Shown here in pieces: positions 1 through 15,284 of a stretch of DNA of 64,000 nucleotides. The DNA is taken from the NCBI RefSeq assembly GCF_009914755.1, contig NC_060934.1. One strand, given 5' to 3'. The translations under genes and the position numbers were made by a program. The stretch's first letter is position 1. Every line of letters begins with the position of its first letter. The notes beneath the pieces were generated by a model that saw nothing but the letters and a program-made list of their open reading frames with translations, had not been told where the DNA came from and ran no database searches. Origin of the DNA: the human T2T-CHM13v2.0 reference genome, Homo sapiens.

Positions 1-2236
1 TCTCCCTCCCGTTTAGAAAAGACTTGGTTCATGTTACCACTGTAAACTCAATCCCTGAACATATCGCCTCACAGCAACAGGACAAAATGCAAATGAGAAC
101 ACTTTGCAATTTATAAAGAATGTTCCTGGAAAGATGGTCAAAGTGGTTTATAAACTAGAACTATCTTTTCTGAGAGTAAACAAAGGCACAGAGTGTTTAG
201 ATAATAATGTCAACGGGACAACTTATTGGAAGACAAAGTAGGAAAAAAAAAAAAACTTTGAAGTGTATTATGACCAATAGGTATTATCTTTACACAAGCA
301 TTCTGAAAACCATCATGAAAAACATGTGAAAATCTGATTTCTAGTTCAGCAGAGAAGGTGTCATTTTCTCCAAAATGACAGGGTGATTCACTTATGAAAA
401 GTATTCAAACGTTAAACATCAGTCTTTGGGTGGTACGTGAGTCCAATATTTAATTTCTATCAATGTATACACAAGTTGGGAATCTGACTTATTAATAATA
501 TTAACCTGATATTGAGAGGTAGTACATTTGGCTTTTCTCAAACCAGAGCCAGTCTTCTCAGGAATTTACCTGTCAGTAGAATGGTGATCCTATAAACTGC
601 TTCAACTTTCCCTCAGTTGTGTACAAATGTTCTCCAAGAAATTATTCTTCCTTCAGTAAGCCCAGAACTGATGCAATATGGAGCAAAATTGACTAATGAC
701 ATCATTTGAAGATTAATAACAGTGACAAGAGAGTTGTTTAGGAATAGTAATACCATGTTTATGTCATCCTAGGGCTTAGTGATTAATTTATTTAAATGAC
801 TATATTGAAAAGTTAAAAAAAAACAAAACAACTCAGCTTGGTAGACATGTTAGAAAGGGGAGCCTCTTCAGACTTCACCTTTAAGGGGCTAAAAAAGTAG
901 TTAAGAAGCTACTTTGCTAGCCCCTGAATGGGATGGTCAAGAATTCTACTCTCAACGGCTAGTCAATCTGTTTTCTGTTTTATATCACATGCTACCCTTG
1001 GTTGGTGACAGACTCTTTTGTTCTTGCTTTTCCCTGTTAAATTGTCATCCGTGTAATTACTCATCAACAGGAATTATTTTCCTTTGGTCTCCAATTTTAA
1101 TTCTGAGAAGCTTTTCTTACTTGTGTTTTTATATTTTGTACATTACAAGATTTTTAAAAAAAAAAAACATTTTTAGTTTTTTTAAAATGTCGTTCTTATA
1201 CTTTTCAAGTTGCACGGTTTTACCGCCAAATAAAATGTCCCGGGAAAATTATAATCCGGGGAATCAGAATCACGTATCAAATATATTTGTTTTTCCATTC
1301 AGTGGCTTTTCCCAAATGGAAACACACTTAACATATTTGATCCACAGTCTTTTGACATTCTCCTTTGCCTTGGTAGTACAAGGCAGGTAATTTTATCTTA
1401 GAAGAAAGAATGTGAAAGAAGCAATTGCTTTAAGTGAGTGACAATCTTAGTTCCTCAAAGTCCAGGATACCAGGTCAACAGCTCTATGAGGAGGGTGGCA
1501 GGGAAGCTTTTCTTTGAAATTGCTGGAGTTATACAACCCTATACTGTGAAAAGAAAAAGAGAAAATGAGAGGTGGACAGAGAGAGAGAGAGAAAGAGAGG
1601 GAGTGTCATTACAGTTTGAAATAGTGTATACATGTACACGTTAGGATCACTAGAAAAGGCTTATATGAACCACTCTTCTTAACAAAGTCATTAGGAATAG
1701 GTATCTTTTATAAATAATAATGGACAATAATTCTTTATTTATACTATAGGTCCAGTGGAGAAGACAGGACCCAGGTTAGACATTTTTGACTCCAAGAGTT
1801 ACAGTCTTCTCAGGATAGATACTTTGAGGGTGGGCCCAGCCTCTCTATAACAAACATGTTATTTTTGAGTTTTCTTATTATTTTTTCCCAATACTTCAAA
1901 GAAAAAAATATTGGAAGGATTTTTTTTTCTTGTAGGATATTAAATGAAAAAATAAGAATAAAAAGATAAAAGACATTTTCAACTCCAACTCTTGGGGAGT
2001 AAATTAACTAGACAGTGTCATACAATGATGACTACTGCATTCACATTTTGTGAAATGTATTGAATATGTTGACCATCTAGCATCATAAACGAAGTGACTA
2101 TAAAGAAAAAAGATCACCTTCAATAAAGCTTTAGTCAAGGGAGTGCTCAGGTTTGATTAACCATTTTCCACCAAAAGGGATCTCTTCTCAGTTGAAGACA
2201 ACATTAATTGGGTAAACCCTTGTTGTAGCTTTGCTG

Positions 2237-2327
2237 TATATATACATATATATATAAATATATGTATATGTATATACAGTTATATATATAACTTTTATAT
2301 AATATATAATATATATTATATATATAA
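2237..2327. repeat. (TA)n-like AT-rich low-complexity tract
   Basis: Degenerate TATATA runs seen directly. Confidence 0.85.
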
Positions 2328-2429
2328 CTTTTAACCTGTAATTTGTGAAGAGCTAATCCACAATTTTAATCTGAGCAAGAGCAGTATCATTAACTAACAA
2401 TAGTCACATATTTCCAGAATCATAACAAC

Positions 2430-2565
2430 ATTGTTACTTGTAGCATCCACCAAACACTCTACATCTGATGCCATCTAATTCCCGTAACAACAAACCAGGT
2501 AAAAATACTTTCCTATATTTTATAGATGATCAGAAAACAAAGGCTCTGAGATGCTAAGTAATATT
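2430..2565 (-). mobile_element. MIR fragment
   Basis: ttttatagatga..aaacaaaggctctgagatgctaagtaa resembles the reverse-complement MIR core. Confidence 0.55.
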
Positions 2566-3318
2566 TGTGATTAAAAAACTTAGATTTGTCTCATTATGCT
2601 AAATTATCATTATCTTTTCTTCATTTCTTTTTTGTTTCTTTTACCTAGATGTGTTTGGGAATATCTCTTAATTTTTAATTATTCAACTGAAACCTGATTA
2701 AAATAAAACTAAACAGTTGCAGGATAAAGCTATGACCTTAAGTTCACTAGTGGATGAAAGGCTAAGAGAGAGCTAAAGGTATAAGAATCAAGTTCAGGAA
2801 TGCCCCAATGTCAAGATACATGCATAGTCATGGTATAGAATTTCTTGAGTTGCATGGTGACATTTTCAGGGAAATAATTCACTTGTGTCACTAGCTCCAG
2901 AATTCCATGTGTAAAAAGTGGATAGCTGAGAATTCTTAGAATGCTTGAAAACTATTAAGACTCAAAATAAAATAATTCTACCTCCATTACACCCGTTTGA
3001 CTGACATTTGGGAGTCAGCCACTCTCAACATTTAAAACACATGATTCTTTTAGGAAGCTCTTTTCAACATTTTTTATATTTACTACTTTTTGTCAATAAA
3101 ATTTTGAAATCACATTTCCTTGTCTACCTAATAATATACTGCTTCTTCCAGGTATAATTGAAAGCCTTTTTTTAATTAAAAATGGAAAATATCTTCTTTT
3201 ACTTACTCATATTTCGGTACCATGGTAATGTCTAGCAGTGCATTTGTATATTGAAAAGTGCTGCATTTGGATTTATATGGCTTTAGGCTTCATGTTAATC
3301 ATCACATCCTCTTTACAG

Positions 3319-3328
3319 CTAAAAATAG
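3319..3328 (+). promoter_or_regulatory. Consensus MEF2 site (CTAAAAATAG) in unique sequence
   Basis: Exact match to YTA(W)4TAR; motif only, function unproven. Confidence 0.3.
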
Positions 3329-4347
3329 CTCATGTCTTTCCAAATGGGTACCAAACCCTCTGATTTCTTAGAATTTGTTTTTCCCCCTACTTACATTTGA
3401 AGCCACCCACCCGTTTTTTGTCTTTTCATGGCTAAAAAGTAGTATTCTGCAGAAATTTTCATTCACCTTCCCTAGGAACCAACGTTCCATTACTCCCATT
3501 ACAGAATGTCTTTGATGTGCACATGGGTGAGAAAGAGCAAAAGAACTAAAGTCAGAAGAGGTTTGAATGTGTGGGGTATGACATTAATTTGCACTTTGAA
3601 TAATCATCTCAGAATATGTCTACAGGATGTCAGCATATCTGCTTCAAAAGTGGGGAAAAAACCCTGAAGTCAATCAACTCATTGGTCTACCCAGTTTCAA
3701 ACAACTGATTTGAATTTAAAAAATAAGTTCATTATTGCTCTGTATTACATAGAGACAAATCTGTGTGAATATGGGTATATAACCTTCTCATAAATGTTAA
3801 TATGTACACATTTAAACAATGTACTTATAATAAATATCAGGGAGCTTTAAAAGTATTACTATATTTATTTTTATTTAATATATATTTAGCTTTCCTAAAC
3901 TAAATAGTTTAGTGTTAATGATATTCCTATTTCAATAACTTTTGAAATGAATGAAAGTGCTGTTTGTTTAAAATTTATTTTAGATTAAACATTCTAATAA
4001 TTTTGGTCACCTACACTTAGAGTTGAAAAATTTACATCAGCACGTTCAAAACATTCAGAAAGTAATAAGTTTTAGAAAATGTTTAGTTTTCTTCTAATAT
4101 TAATGCAAAAGAAAATTATGGGGCTAATTGTAAACATTTTGCAAATATAGTGCATTCAGAGTTTTACTTTTAATCTTTTGATTTAGATAAAATAAGGCCA
4201 AAAATATATCTATTACAATGGCTGCTTATCTTTATGTTGCTTAGGACACTTTTCGCCCATTGCATCTTGGGCACAATTTATTTGATAACCTAAAGAGGGC
4301 TTTGTCTGTTATATCCTATCCATGGGGTAAGAATGAGAGAGAAAATC

Positions 4348-4816
4348 TGTTATGAGTTGAATTGTGTCCCCCAAAATTCTTATGTTGAAGCCTTAACCTG
4401 CAGTGCCTCAGTCTGTGGTCATATTTGGAAATAGGGTCATTGAAGATGTAATTAGTTAGTATGAGGTCATACTTCACGGATGAGGGTGGGACCCTAATCC
4501 AGTATGACTGGTGTCCTTATTAAAGGAAGCAATTTGAACACAAAGACAGACTCACACAGGAAGAACAACACGTGAAGGTAAGTCAGGGATTGGAGCAATG
4601 ATTCTATAAGCCAAGGGACACCAAAAATGGCCGGCAAATAACCAGAGTTAGGAGAGAGGCATGAAACAGATTGCCCCTCACAGCCTCAGAAGCAACCAAT
4701 CCCACTGACTCCTTGATCTTTGACTTGTAGCCTCCAGAACCGTGAGACAATATATTTCTTTTCTTTAAGTGTCCCTGTCTGTGGTACTTTGTGATGGCAG
4801 CCCTAGCAGTCTACGA
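4348..4816 (+). mobile_element. MaLR solo LTR, MLT1B/MLT1C-like
   Basis: Starts tgttatgagttgaattgtgtcccc; internal ccctaatccagtatgactggtgtccttat; ends ttgtgatggcagccctagc. Confidence 0.9.
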
Positions 4817-5488
4817 AATCTAATATAAATTTTAACCAGAGGAGGCCCATTCCCTTTCCTTTCAGAAAGAAAATAATATTTTATGTATCCTACATGATTA
4901 TTGTCAGCCCTTTCCTTATATATCTGCATATATAGAAAAATCATATAGAGAGAGCCCATAAGACAGAATAGTACCTTATATAAAGACTTTGTTCATGCCC
5001 CAGAGATTCTGATTTAAAAAGAAACTGGATCATCCATAATGACACATCGTGGTTTTACATATCTGCTCTTGACTTTATGGTCCAAAGAGTGCATCAATTT
5101 AGCCCCAATCAACTCTGCACTAATGGCAATGTCAACCATTTTTCCACATAAGAAGGGAGCCTCAGTTTCCTCATCCAAAAAAAGAATAAATTGCATTAAA
5201 ATTATTTACTTTATTGTACACAGTTTTACTTTATGTAAAAACCATTTTGAAATGAAAATTATATCACTAAATATTTGACTTAATACAGATTTGGATCTTC
5301 AATATTATTACTATCAAAGTTTTTTTTGCTTTCACTAAATTGTACATGTACATATATTTTAAGAAATTTGAAAAATGTATCTTACGAACTAATATCTAAT
5401 TAATCTCTCCTTAGCCTCTTTAAAGGGTAACAGCTTGTTGAATGACTGAAGAAGGAATAAGAATCAGTTCAAACTTGGAAAGAATAAA

Positions 5489-5492
<4 letters not shown>

Positions 5493-5528
<36 letters not shown>
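5493..5528. repeat. (TG)n microsatellite
   Basis: About 18 TG units. Confidence 0.97.
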
Positions 5529-5529
<1 letters not shown>

Positions 5530-5587
5530 TGTGTAGTTTGGCTGGTTTGAGAAAGTCTTTATTTTTCCTTCATTTATTTATAAATAA

Positions 5588-6228
5588 GCTTTTTATACTG
5601 AGGTAATCATAGATTCACACGGAGTTGTAAGAACTACGAGAGAGGGATCTCATGTGCTTATGCCTAGTATTCCCCAATGGTAACATCTTGCAAAAGCATA
5701 ACACAATATTATAACCAAGATACTGACATAGATACAGTCAAGATTCAGAGCATTTTCATCACAGCAAGGATTCCTCATGTTTCTCTTTTATCGTTATAGC
5801 CACTTCCTTCCTGCATGGATTCCCACCTTAACCCCCTGGCAACCACTAGTCTATTCTCCATTTCTATCATTTTCTCATTTCAAGGATGTTATATAAAGGG
5901 AATCCTACCATATGTAATCTTGGGAAACTGGCTTTATTTTCACTTAGGATAGTTCTTTGGTGATTCATTAAGGTTGCTGAATGCATCAACAGTTTGTTCC
6001 TTTTTATTGGGAGTAGTGATCCATAGTAAGTTGTACTATGTTTTGTTTAATAACCATTTTTCCATGGAGAGATATCTGATTATTTCCAGTTCTTGGTTAT
6101 TATAAATAGATATGCCACAATGTTCAAGTTTGTTCTCATTTCCCTGGAATAAATGCCAAAGAGTACAATTGCTGGGTCATATATAAATGCAGTTGAATAT
6201 TTAACTGTTTAAAAAACTGCCAAACTGT
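5588..6228 (-). mobile_element. L1MC-like LINE-1 3' end
   Basis: gtaatcatagattcacac..gttgtaaga, ccccaatggtaacatcttgca and cccctggcaaccactagtct are typical antisense L1MC 3' motifs. Confidence 0.85.
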
Positions 6229-6230
6229 AC

Positions 6231-6378
6231 TATTAGAGAAATGCAAATTAAAACCACAGAAAAGTATTACTGCACGTCTAGCAGAATGATGAAAATAGGG
6301 ACAAAAACAAGCACAGCGAGGATACAGAGGACTTGCGTCACTGTCTCATTACTGGTGCAAAACCAGTTTGAAGAGACA
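6231..6378 (+). mobile_element. Inverted 5' segment of the same L1 (ORF2 end)
   Basis: agagaaatgcaaattaaaaccaca.. is sense L1 and directly abuts the antisense fragment. Confidence 0.7.
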
Positions 6379-6506
6379 TATTTTATCTACATCTCCTGAG
6401 GTCATTTGTTCTCCATTTTAGATCCACTCTTAGAGACCTCTTGAAATCTACTTGGTGAGCCTAACTTTAAATAAAGGTACACCTAAGAGTTAGGGACAAG
6501 AATCTA

Positions 6507-7147
6507 CAGTCAGTCATCATTACTCATGGATTTCATATTTACAGACCTGCCTACTCCCTAAAATTACCTGTAACTCTCAAATCAATAGCCACAGCTATTT
6601 CATGTCCCTTCACAGACATGTGGAGGGCAGCGAAAAAATTGTCACCCAAAGTTCATGTTCCCAGATGAGGTTCAACAAGGCGACATTCTGCCTTGCTCCT
6701 GTTTTATATCTCATATTGTACACAACTGTCCTTTTGGTGTGTGTTCTATTTAGTGCCACATTTTTCTCATGTTGTGCTTTTTGCTGCTGATTTCACTACA
6801 GTGATATAGTGCCATCTAGTATTCCTAAGTGCAAGAAGTCTTTGATGTACCGTATGAAGAAAAGAGATGTGTTGATAAGCCTTGTTCAAGCGTTAGTTAT
6901 AGTACTGTTGGTCATGAATTCAATGTTAATAAATCAATGCTGTATGTTAAACAAGGTGTCCTTTAACAGAAACACACATAAAACAAGGTCGTGTATCGAT
7001 TGTTTTATGACAATGTGTGACCACAGGCTCGAAGGAACGTCCTCTGTATTTCCCGTGGGAGCAACAGTTCAGTATTTGCTAATTCAGTGCTCACAGCAAT
7101 TATGTTCTTTAAAGAACATAATAACCACAAACAACAAGAACTGACTG
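6507..7147 (+). mobile_element. MER82 (TcMar-Tigger) non-autonomous DNA transposon, near full length
   Basis: TA|cagtc.. 5' end and ..gactg 3' end (terminal inverted repeats); internal gttcccagatgaggttcaacaaggcgac, aacagaaacacacataaaacaagg; decayed transposase HTH codons. Confidence 0.85.
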
Positions 7148-7384
7148 TGTTTTACTCTATGGAGGAATCACAGTCAAATCATAACAACAACAAAAACCAA
7201 CCTAAAACAAACCTCCCTCCAAAAAAATACTTTCCTCATTCCCAACTCACTTTTCTTTTCCCTATCAGGTAGAGTTAGGGGACCACACAGCCCAGTTTTG
7301 GGGAGAAAGTCTTGGTTTGTCAAATGTATCAATAGTTTGTTTCTTTTCATTGAGAGTAGTGATCCACAGTAAACCACTTTTTCA

Positions 7385-7784
<400 letters not shown>

Positions 7785-7899
7785 CTATGTATTTTTTAAG
7801 GTATATAATGAAATTGTGCCTAGGGGAGTTATAATTTACTCTATGTATTTTTATATATACTTAAATCAATGCATTCTTACAGACTAGCTTCTTTAGTGG

Positions 7900-8578
7900 T
7901 AACATACAGGCCGATTTTCTCACTCCATGAATGATTACGGACATGTATCCAGGAGCGGAGGTCCCTCAGCCACCAGTTCACCCAGGTGTCTTGCTCTTAT
8001 CTTTCAGAAGGGAAAATTGGCTAGGGGTTTCTCTCCACCATGTGCTGTTCTCCAGGACTTTGGGTGAATCCAGGTGTGGGAAAGAAGGTAGCATCAGCTG
8101 TAAGATTCAATGACGTCTCTGGTGCAGCAGAATACAAACTGCGAACTTTGAAACGCTGTTGAAACTCCTTGGCTCCTCCTGGAGGCTCGAACTTGAAGGA
8201 AAGCGCTGATTAGGTTGAGACTCTGGGCTTCAACACTAGAATAATGAAGCCTCCCTCATAGCCCTCTTGCGAGGAGTCCCTGGGGGTATTCCCATGTGAG
8301 CCAAAGGGCTACTAGTGAAGATGCCATCAAGGGCTCCCCAAAAGGGACTGGTCTCGGGGATCTCCCGGGTAGCAGAGGTAAAGTGGGGAGAGTAATTCTA
8401 GTGACCAGGTGAGTTTCTGAACCCACAGTTTCTGAAGATCAGCACTGTGATTCTTGACTTTCAGCAGTGAGACAGAAAGATGGCATTGGAGAGCCTTGCT
8501 GTGGCTCCCGGAAACTCAATCCTCAGCCCATGGTCTGTTGCTCCAGAAAGCTACGTGTGATTGAAGTGTTTTATGCCA
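7900..8578 (-). ncRNA. Candidate large exon of a minus-strand spliced non-coding transcript (3' boundary uncertain)
   Basis: Strong minus-strand acceptor (long T tract, cactttctag|TGGC at 8579/8578) opening a GC-richer unique block. Confidence 0.35.
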
Positions 8579-9399
8579 CTAGAAAGTGAAAAAAAAAAAC
8601 AAAAACAAAAAACTTTGCCACATAATTCTAGTACTAGATTATGACATTGAGAGAACACCTTTATTTCTATAGATCTTGTGGAGGTAAAAAAAATGATATT
8701 TTTCCAGATATTATTGAGAAGTCTATTATATAAATACCTTAAGACTTGACAATGGGGGTGAGAAGCAATTATCTGTGTAATAATAATGCTGATAATGTAG
8801 AGAATTACTTCAAATTGCCATTACTTTGTAAAGACGAGCACAAAGGTTTATTGCTTTCCCTCTGAAAAGGGATTTCTACAAAGTAGACAAAATAAAATTT
8901 CAGTTAATGTCTGGCTTCACTCCACTCCCCAGACTGGAACCTTGCTTTGGTGTTAAGTTAGGAAACTGACTGCAGTGTTTGAAAATGTAAGTAAATTCAT
9001 CAGTTTCAGAATCATTTTTGGCTTTCCATTGTTATAGAAGCCAGAAGTTAGTGAGAAATAATCTCCCGTTTCCTGGGAAATTTCATCAATGTATCTATAT
9101 AACAGAAATGACTACATGTTCTTCAACTCTTTAAGTGCATATTTTCCAAAACTCCAGTTAGTATCTTTATGAATATTTAGGAAAGACTGAGGCTGTATCG
9201 AGAAATTTTCTGTAATAGACAAGCTATGAAATTGCTCTCTCCTTTCTCACCTTCAAATTTAGAGTGTGGCCCATTGACCAAACTCTAGGTATTGAAATAA
9301 CTATATCTGCACAATTTATAAGCAACTAGAATCACCAGTTTTTAGAAGTGGACCTACCCAGCTAGAATTGTGAATTATTATTTGCATCATACTTAAACA

Positions 9400-9600
9400 A
9401 TTTTTTAAAACTTATATGCATTGTCATTTTTGAGTTTGATCATTGCAGGTAAACTGGTTACAGCAAATTTTAAAATTCTTATTATGCAGATTAGACAACA
9501 AAGTGTCAAGAACTTTAGTTCACTTGACTAGTCACACTATTACTAAGTACATAGCAGGACTCAATGCGTGCTTTTAAAGTAAATGTCGCTTTTCTCTCTA
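9400..9600 (-). mobile_element. MIR fragment
   Basis: Degenerate antisense MIR core (attatgcagattagacaac..cacttgactagtcacac). Confidence 0.5.
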
Positions 9601-10439
9601 TCTCTATAGCACAGATCCTTTTATCCCAAATGGATGGTCTTTGTTGCTTTACTAATGTCCACCCTTCCCCCCTTTTCATGGTCCTCTTCTCTTCTTGGTG
9701 TTTTGCTATTTTAGGATGTTCTAGCTTGTCTCCTCAGGGTTGGGAAAACAAAACAACTGATTCCTAAAGCTTTCGAGTCTCCAATGCTGTCATTCGTGGT
9801 GTACTCCACATCTTTTTAAGAAGGGCATTAAATCGCAGCACTCACAAGGTTATGTCCAAACTCCTCCTAAACGGCCACCACCCATCTGTGCCTTAGAAGT
9901 ATTAGGCTGGATGTGCAAATGGATCTGTTTTCAGATTTTCAATGTCTAGGTCATATTGAAGTAATACCCTAAAACAAAATTTGGTTCAAATTTCCATAAC
10001 CCTTTATCTTTTTGCAAAGCGAATAAAGTAACATAATCTTGCATTACATATAGACAGAGGAGGAAGGGAAGTGAGGAAATGAATAAGAGCTCATTTATCT
10101 TTATTTCTTCTTCTAGAAAATAAGGGTGTTTATCTAGAAGCTACCTAAGGTGTCTTCTAGCTTTATGATTATATGTTTGATGATGTTCTAAGGGTTGGGC
10201 TGATACCTACTCATGTCCTTCAAACCAGACTTACTGTGATTGACTTTATTTTGGATATTTCAGCCCCTCCTTCTATTTTTATATCCACCATTGATTTAAT
10301 ATTATAAAAATTTGATAGTTGATACTAACATTATTCAGAGGATGGTGGTTTTATGGGTTGATTTGGGAAAAGTTTTTGTGTCCACTCATGGACTCCCCCT
10401 CTCCCTTCCTCCCTCCCATTCTCTCTCTCTTCCTTCCTT

Positions 10440-11680
10440 TCTTCCTCTCTCCTTAGGACACATTCTGAGCACATATTATATGCTCAGCACTCTGCTAGGG
10501 TCTGGGAAAATGATTGTGAATAGGATACAGGCTATCTTAAAACTTTTACTCTTTTTTGAGACAGAGTCTCACTCTGTTGCCCAGGCTGTAGTGCAGTGGC
10601 ATGATCTCGACTCACTGCACCCTCTGCCTCCCAGGTTCAAGCATTTCTCATGCTTCAGCCTCCGGAATAGCTGGGATTACAGGCACACACCACCACACCC
10701 GGCTAATTTTTGTATTTTTAGTAGAGATGGGGTTTCTCCATGTTGGCCAGGCTGGTCTCGAATTCCTGACCTTAAGTGATCTGCCTGCCTTGGCCGCCCA
10801 AATTGCTGGGATTACAGGTGTGAGCCGCTGTGACCGGCCCTAAAACTTCTACTCTTTTGGGTGTGAAAATGCCCAGTGAATAAAGAGTGTTCTAGGCACA
10901 GAGGACATGCTTTGAGAAGACTAGAGGTAAAATAAGGAAATTAAAGGAAATGGTGTTCCCAGCGTTCCCATGATATGTACAGAGAAGAGATGTGAGGGAT
11001 GGTGGTCATTTAGGCTGCACAGATGACCATGGGGGAAGCCAGTGAACCATATTAAGGATTTTGATTTACTCTGAGGGCACGGGAAGCCATTAGAAGATTT
11101 TGAAATGAAGAGTGACAAGTTGAAATTTATGTTTTTGAAAGATTATTTGGACAGCTGTGGTGCCAATGAATTAAATGAGGTTAAGACTAGAAAAAAGAAG
11201 AAAATGTAGGCAATATTAACGTAATTTAGACATGAGCGTTTGAACTTGTTTTGGCAGGAGGGGTGAAGAACTTTAGGTGGGTTGTAGAGTATTTAGGAGA
11301 CAGAATTCCTAAGATTGCATAATGTAGGTGATGTTTGGGGTGAGAAGGAGAAATTCTCCTCCCGCTGGCCCACATTTCTGCCAAGTTTTCAAGTGGGCAG
11401 CTGGGTAGATCATTAATAGTCTTTACAGAGTTCAAAACCTGGAAAGGAGAAAAGATTGTTTTTAAGTAGGAGGAGGATGGCAGGAAGAGTGCAGGATTTT
11501 TTGGAAGGGAGAGTATATGATAACGGAATTAAATGAGTTCTCTATTTGGTTATGCTGGATTTGAGCACTCAGATGGAGAAGTGCAGCTGGCAATTGAATA
11601 TTTTGGTTTAAATATCAGGAAAGAGAGAAAGACTGGGGATGAAATTTTATAATGTTTCTGTATGGAAGCTGGTATATAAA
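10440..11680 (-). mobile_element. L2 LINE fragments, interrupted by an Alu
   Basis: ctgagcacatattatatgctcagcactctgctagg (L2 3' end); ggattttgatttactctgag..gggaagccattagaagattttga. Confidence 0.7.
10552..10839 (-). mobile_element. Alu (AluS)
   Basis: Full antisense dimer; target-site duplication taaaactt(t/c)tactcttt. Confidence 0.97.
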
Positions 11681-12909
11681 AGGAGATTCAGGGCTTTTAA
11701 ATCTTTTAGGCCTTTAGCTAACCACTTTTTTTTGTCTGTTTGATGAGTCATATGAGTCTATGAAATAGTTATTTAAAATATTTAAACTCTGAGGCACTTT
11801 TTAAACAAAGGTTTGACATAGGCATGATTTTTAACTGAGAAAAATATCTAGCCAAGTGTGATATAAAAGTTAAAACCACACCTCAAGAATAGGCATTTCA
11901 TTTTTTTTTTTACCCTGAGCAAAATATAATGATCTATTTTCAAATAATGTGTATGTGTGTGTGGACACGGATGGGGAGGGATTGGGTTTTATACGCACAT
12001 TTTAAAGGCTCAAAGGGCTTATACACATCAAATGGTTCTTCAAAAACAACAACGTGGTGATTGAAGTGTAAATGAATCATGAAATATATGGATTAAATAT
12101 GCCTGGATTTATTACACATAATTAAAAATTTAAGACTTGCTTTGGGCAAAATATGACTGAGGTTTTCTATTGAACCCCAAACACTCAGAAACATTGAAAC
12201 ATTGTAATACCAAATCTTTCCAAGTTTGTAAGGCCTAAAATTTCTATTGATCCTATTATATATTTTCCCTTAGAAACATATCAATGCTTATTTTAAGAGG
12301 TCTAAAATACAATGTCTAGGAAGAAATAATGTTTCCTTGAAAATTCAAATACAAGTGGGTCCTTTTAGAAATAAAATATTGAAATTAGAAAATTATTTGA
12401 GTAGAATTGGATCTGATTGACAGAATTTAGGTATAGAATGAACCATACGTCTTGTAACAATGGACTACATCTAATCAGCTGAAGAAAAGCAAAGCTCAGG
12501 ATCAAAACTCTATCACTTAACAGCCACACATGTGAGAAACAAAACACAATTTAGGGGTTTTCGTTGATTATGAAGTCGATACACATCTGCAATGTGATGG
12601 TGCTGCCATTGAAAAGCTATTTCTACCTTGGACTAAATAAAGAATTAAAGTTTCTGGACACTGCTCCAGGCCAGTCAAAGCTTTAGCCAGTCAAAGTTTA
12701 GCATTGCGTCCATCACACACTCAATGACTTTTTCCAGGGCAATTGATCTCTATCATGAATAGGTTCCAAATAACTCCTCATGTAGGAAACTATGAGCAAG
12801 CCCAGGAAAATAGCCAGTGCTAGAAGGAGATGAAAATTACCTAAAAATAACTGGAGGAAAACAACCTCTAAGAGAGGGCCAAATTCTGATTCATAACAAA
12901 GAACTTTCT

Positions 12910-13206
12910 GGCTGGGCACAGTGGCTCACACCTGTCATCCCAGCACTTTCAGAGGCCAAGGCTGGAGGATCACTTGAACTCAGGAGTTCAAGACCAGCCT
13001 GGGCAACATGGCAAAATCCCATCTCTACTAAAAATGCAAAAATTAGCCAGGCACGGTGGCGCATGCCTGTAATCACAGCTACTCGGGAGGCTGAGGCAGG
13101 AGAAGCACTTGAACCGGGGAGGCGGAGGTTGCATGAGCCGAGATCACATCACTGCACTCCAACCTGGGCAAGAGTGTGAGACTGTAAAAAAAATAAATAA
13201 ATAAAA
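12910..13206 (+). mobile_element. Alu (old, AluJ/Sz-like)
   Basis: Full dimer; target-site duplication aaagaactttc. Confidence 0.96.
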
Positions 13207-14037
13207 AGAACTTTCCATTGGTTGGAGTTACCAAAATGGGAATGACACTATTGCCTACTACTCAAGGAATAATAATTCCCCCTAATCAGAGGTCTTCGGG
13301 TAAATAATTTGGGTTGTTGTAAATACAATTTGTTATCACGTGCAAATAAGTATTTAATAGTTATCTGCACATTAGTGCACATGAATCATATGCTTGATGC
13401 TGTTTCCAAGGCAATCTTAGCTTCCTCAAATGAACTTTTCCTTTCCTTACCATGTAAACATTTTTCACAAGTTGTAATAAATTTGGGGCTCTCGTCAGAG
13501 AAACCAGTAGGATATGTGACCAAAGGCATTTCAGGATATTGTTTGCAAAGTTCTGTTAAATTGGCTCAATAATCAACTTGTGCCCTTTTTTTTTTTTTTT
13601 AAATTTCTCCATTACATCTACAATCCCACTGGTAAGCTACAAAACCTATCTTTCTTTAGTTTTGAATCATATTTTAAATCACCAATAGATTTACACTCAG
13701 CGCCTAGATGTCAGAACTATAGGTTGTCACAGTACTTTGAGCTTACATCGCTTATGAAAGAGAAGAGGGTGTGTGGCTAATAGATTATTTGATACAGACA
13801 TTACTCACAATGTATTCCATCCTAAACCCTGAACCATTTGCCATTTTGTTGCAAATCCCCTTTGCTGAGATTTTGGTAAAAGGAGTTCCTTTTCCCGAAC
13901 CATATTCACATATTTTTACATATAACTTCATCCCATATAACTCTGGTCAAGTGCTTGAAACAAACCAGAAAGCCGGCGGTGGATTATATGTTATATGCTC
14001 CAGGCCGTCGTCAGAAGGGTGATAAAAGAAAATGAAC

Positions 14038-14830
<793 letters not shown>

Positions 14831-15241
14831 GCTTCATGTATGTTCCATTTGTCACACTAAAAAAGTAAAAAAAGTCTGCTCTGGATCCTTTGTTAAGAGA
14901 TATTTAATGTATCACTTCCTTTATCTATAGTAATTTGTTTTACAATTTATTAAGTAAAAGTGAATAAGTATTTACCCAGTTCAAGGTGCACTTAGAAGAT
15001 GTAGCATAATTCTTTGCCTAGACTAGGTGTCCTAAAATTATTTAAGAATTTGTGAGTAAATGAACATATTAATAATAACACATCTCACACATATATTTAA
15101 ATGACTTAGCAAGAATACTTGAATTCTACAGTTGCATGGACAAAAATTGTTGATGAAATTTCTAACTATAAGACCCCTAATAATTATATAATAAGTTGAA
15201 TGGCAATTATTCCACTAGAATGTGGTGTGAAAACCTGAAAT

Positions 15242-15244
<3 letters not shown>

Positions 15245-15283
<39 letters not shown>
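15245..15283. repeat. (GT)n microsatellite
   Basis: About 19 units. Confidence 0.97.

Positions 15284-15284
<1 letters not shown>

Noticed and set aside
914-1390. Longest ORF (158 aa)
   Set aside because: TTG start, runs through A/T homopolymers, F/L/S-biased composition and no recognisable domain; chance ORF
6809-7144. ORF with a Tigger transposase-like start
   Set aside because: Lies inside MER82 and is frameshifted after a few HTH-like residues; not a domesticated gene
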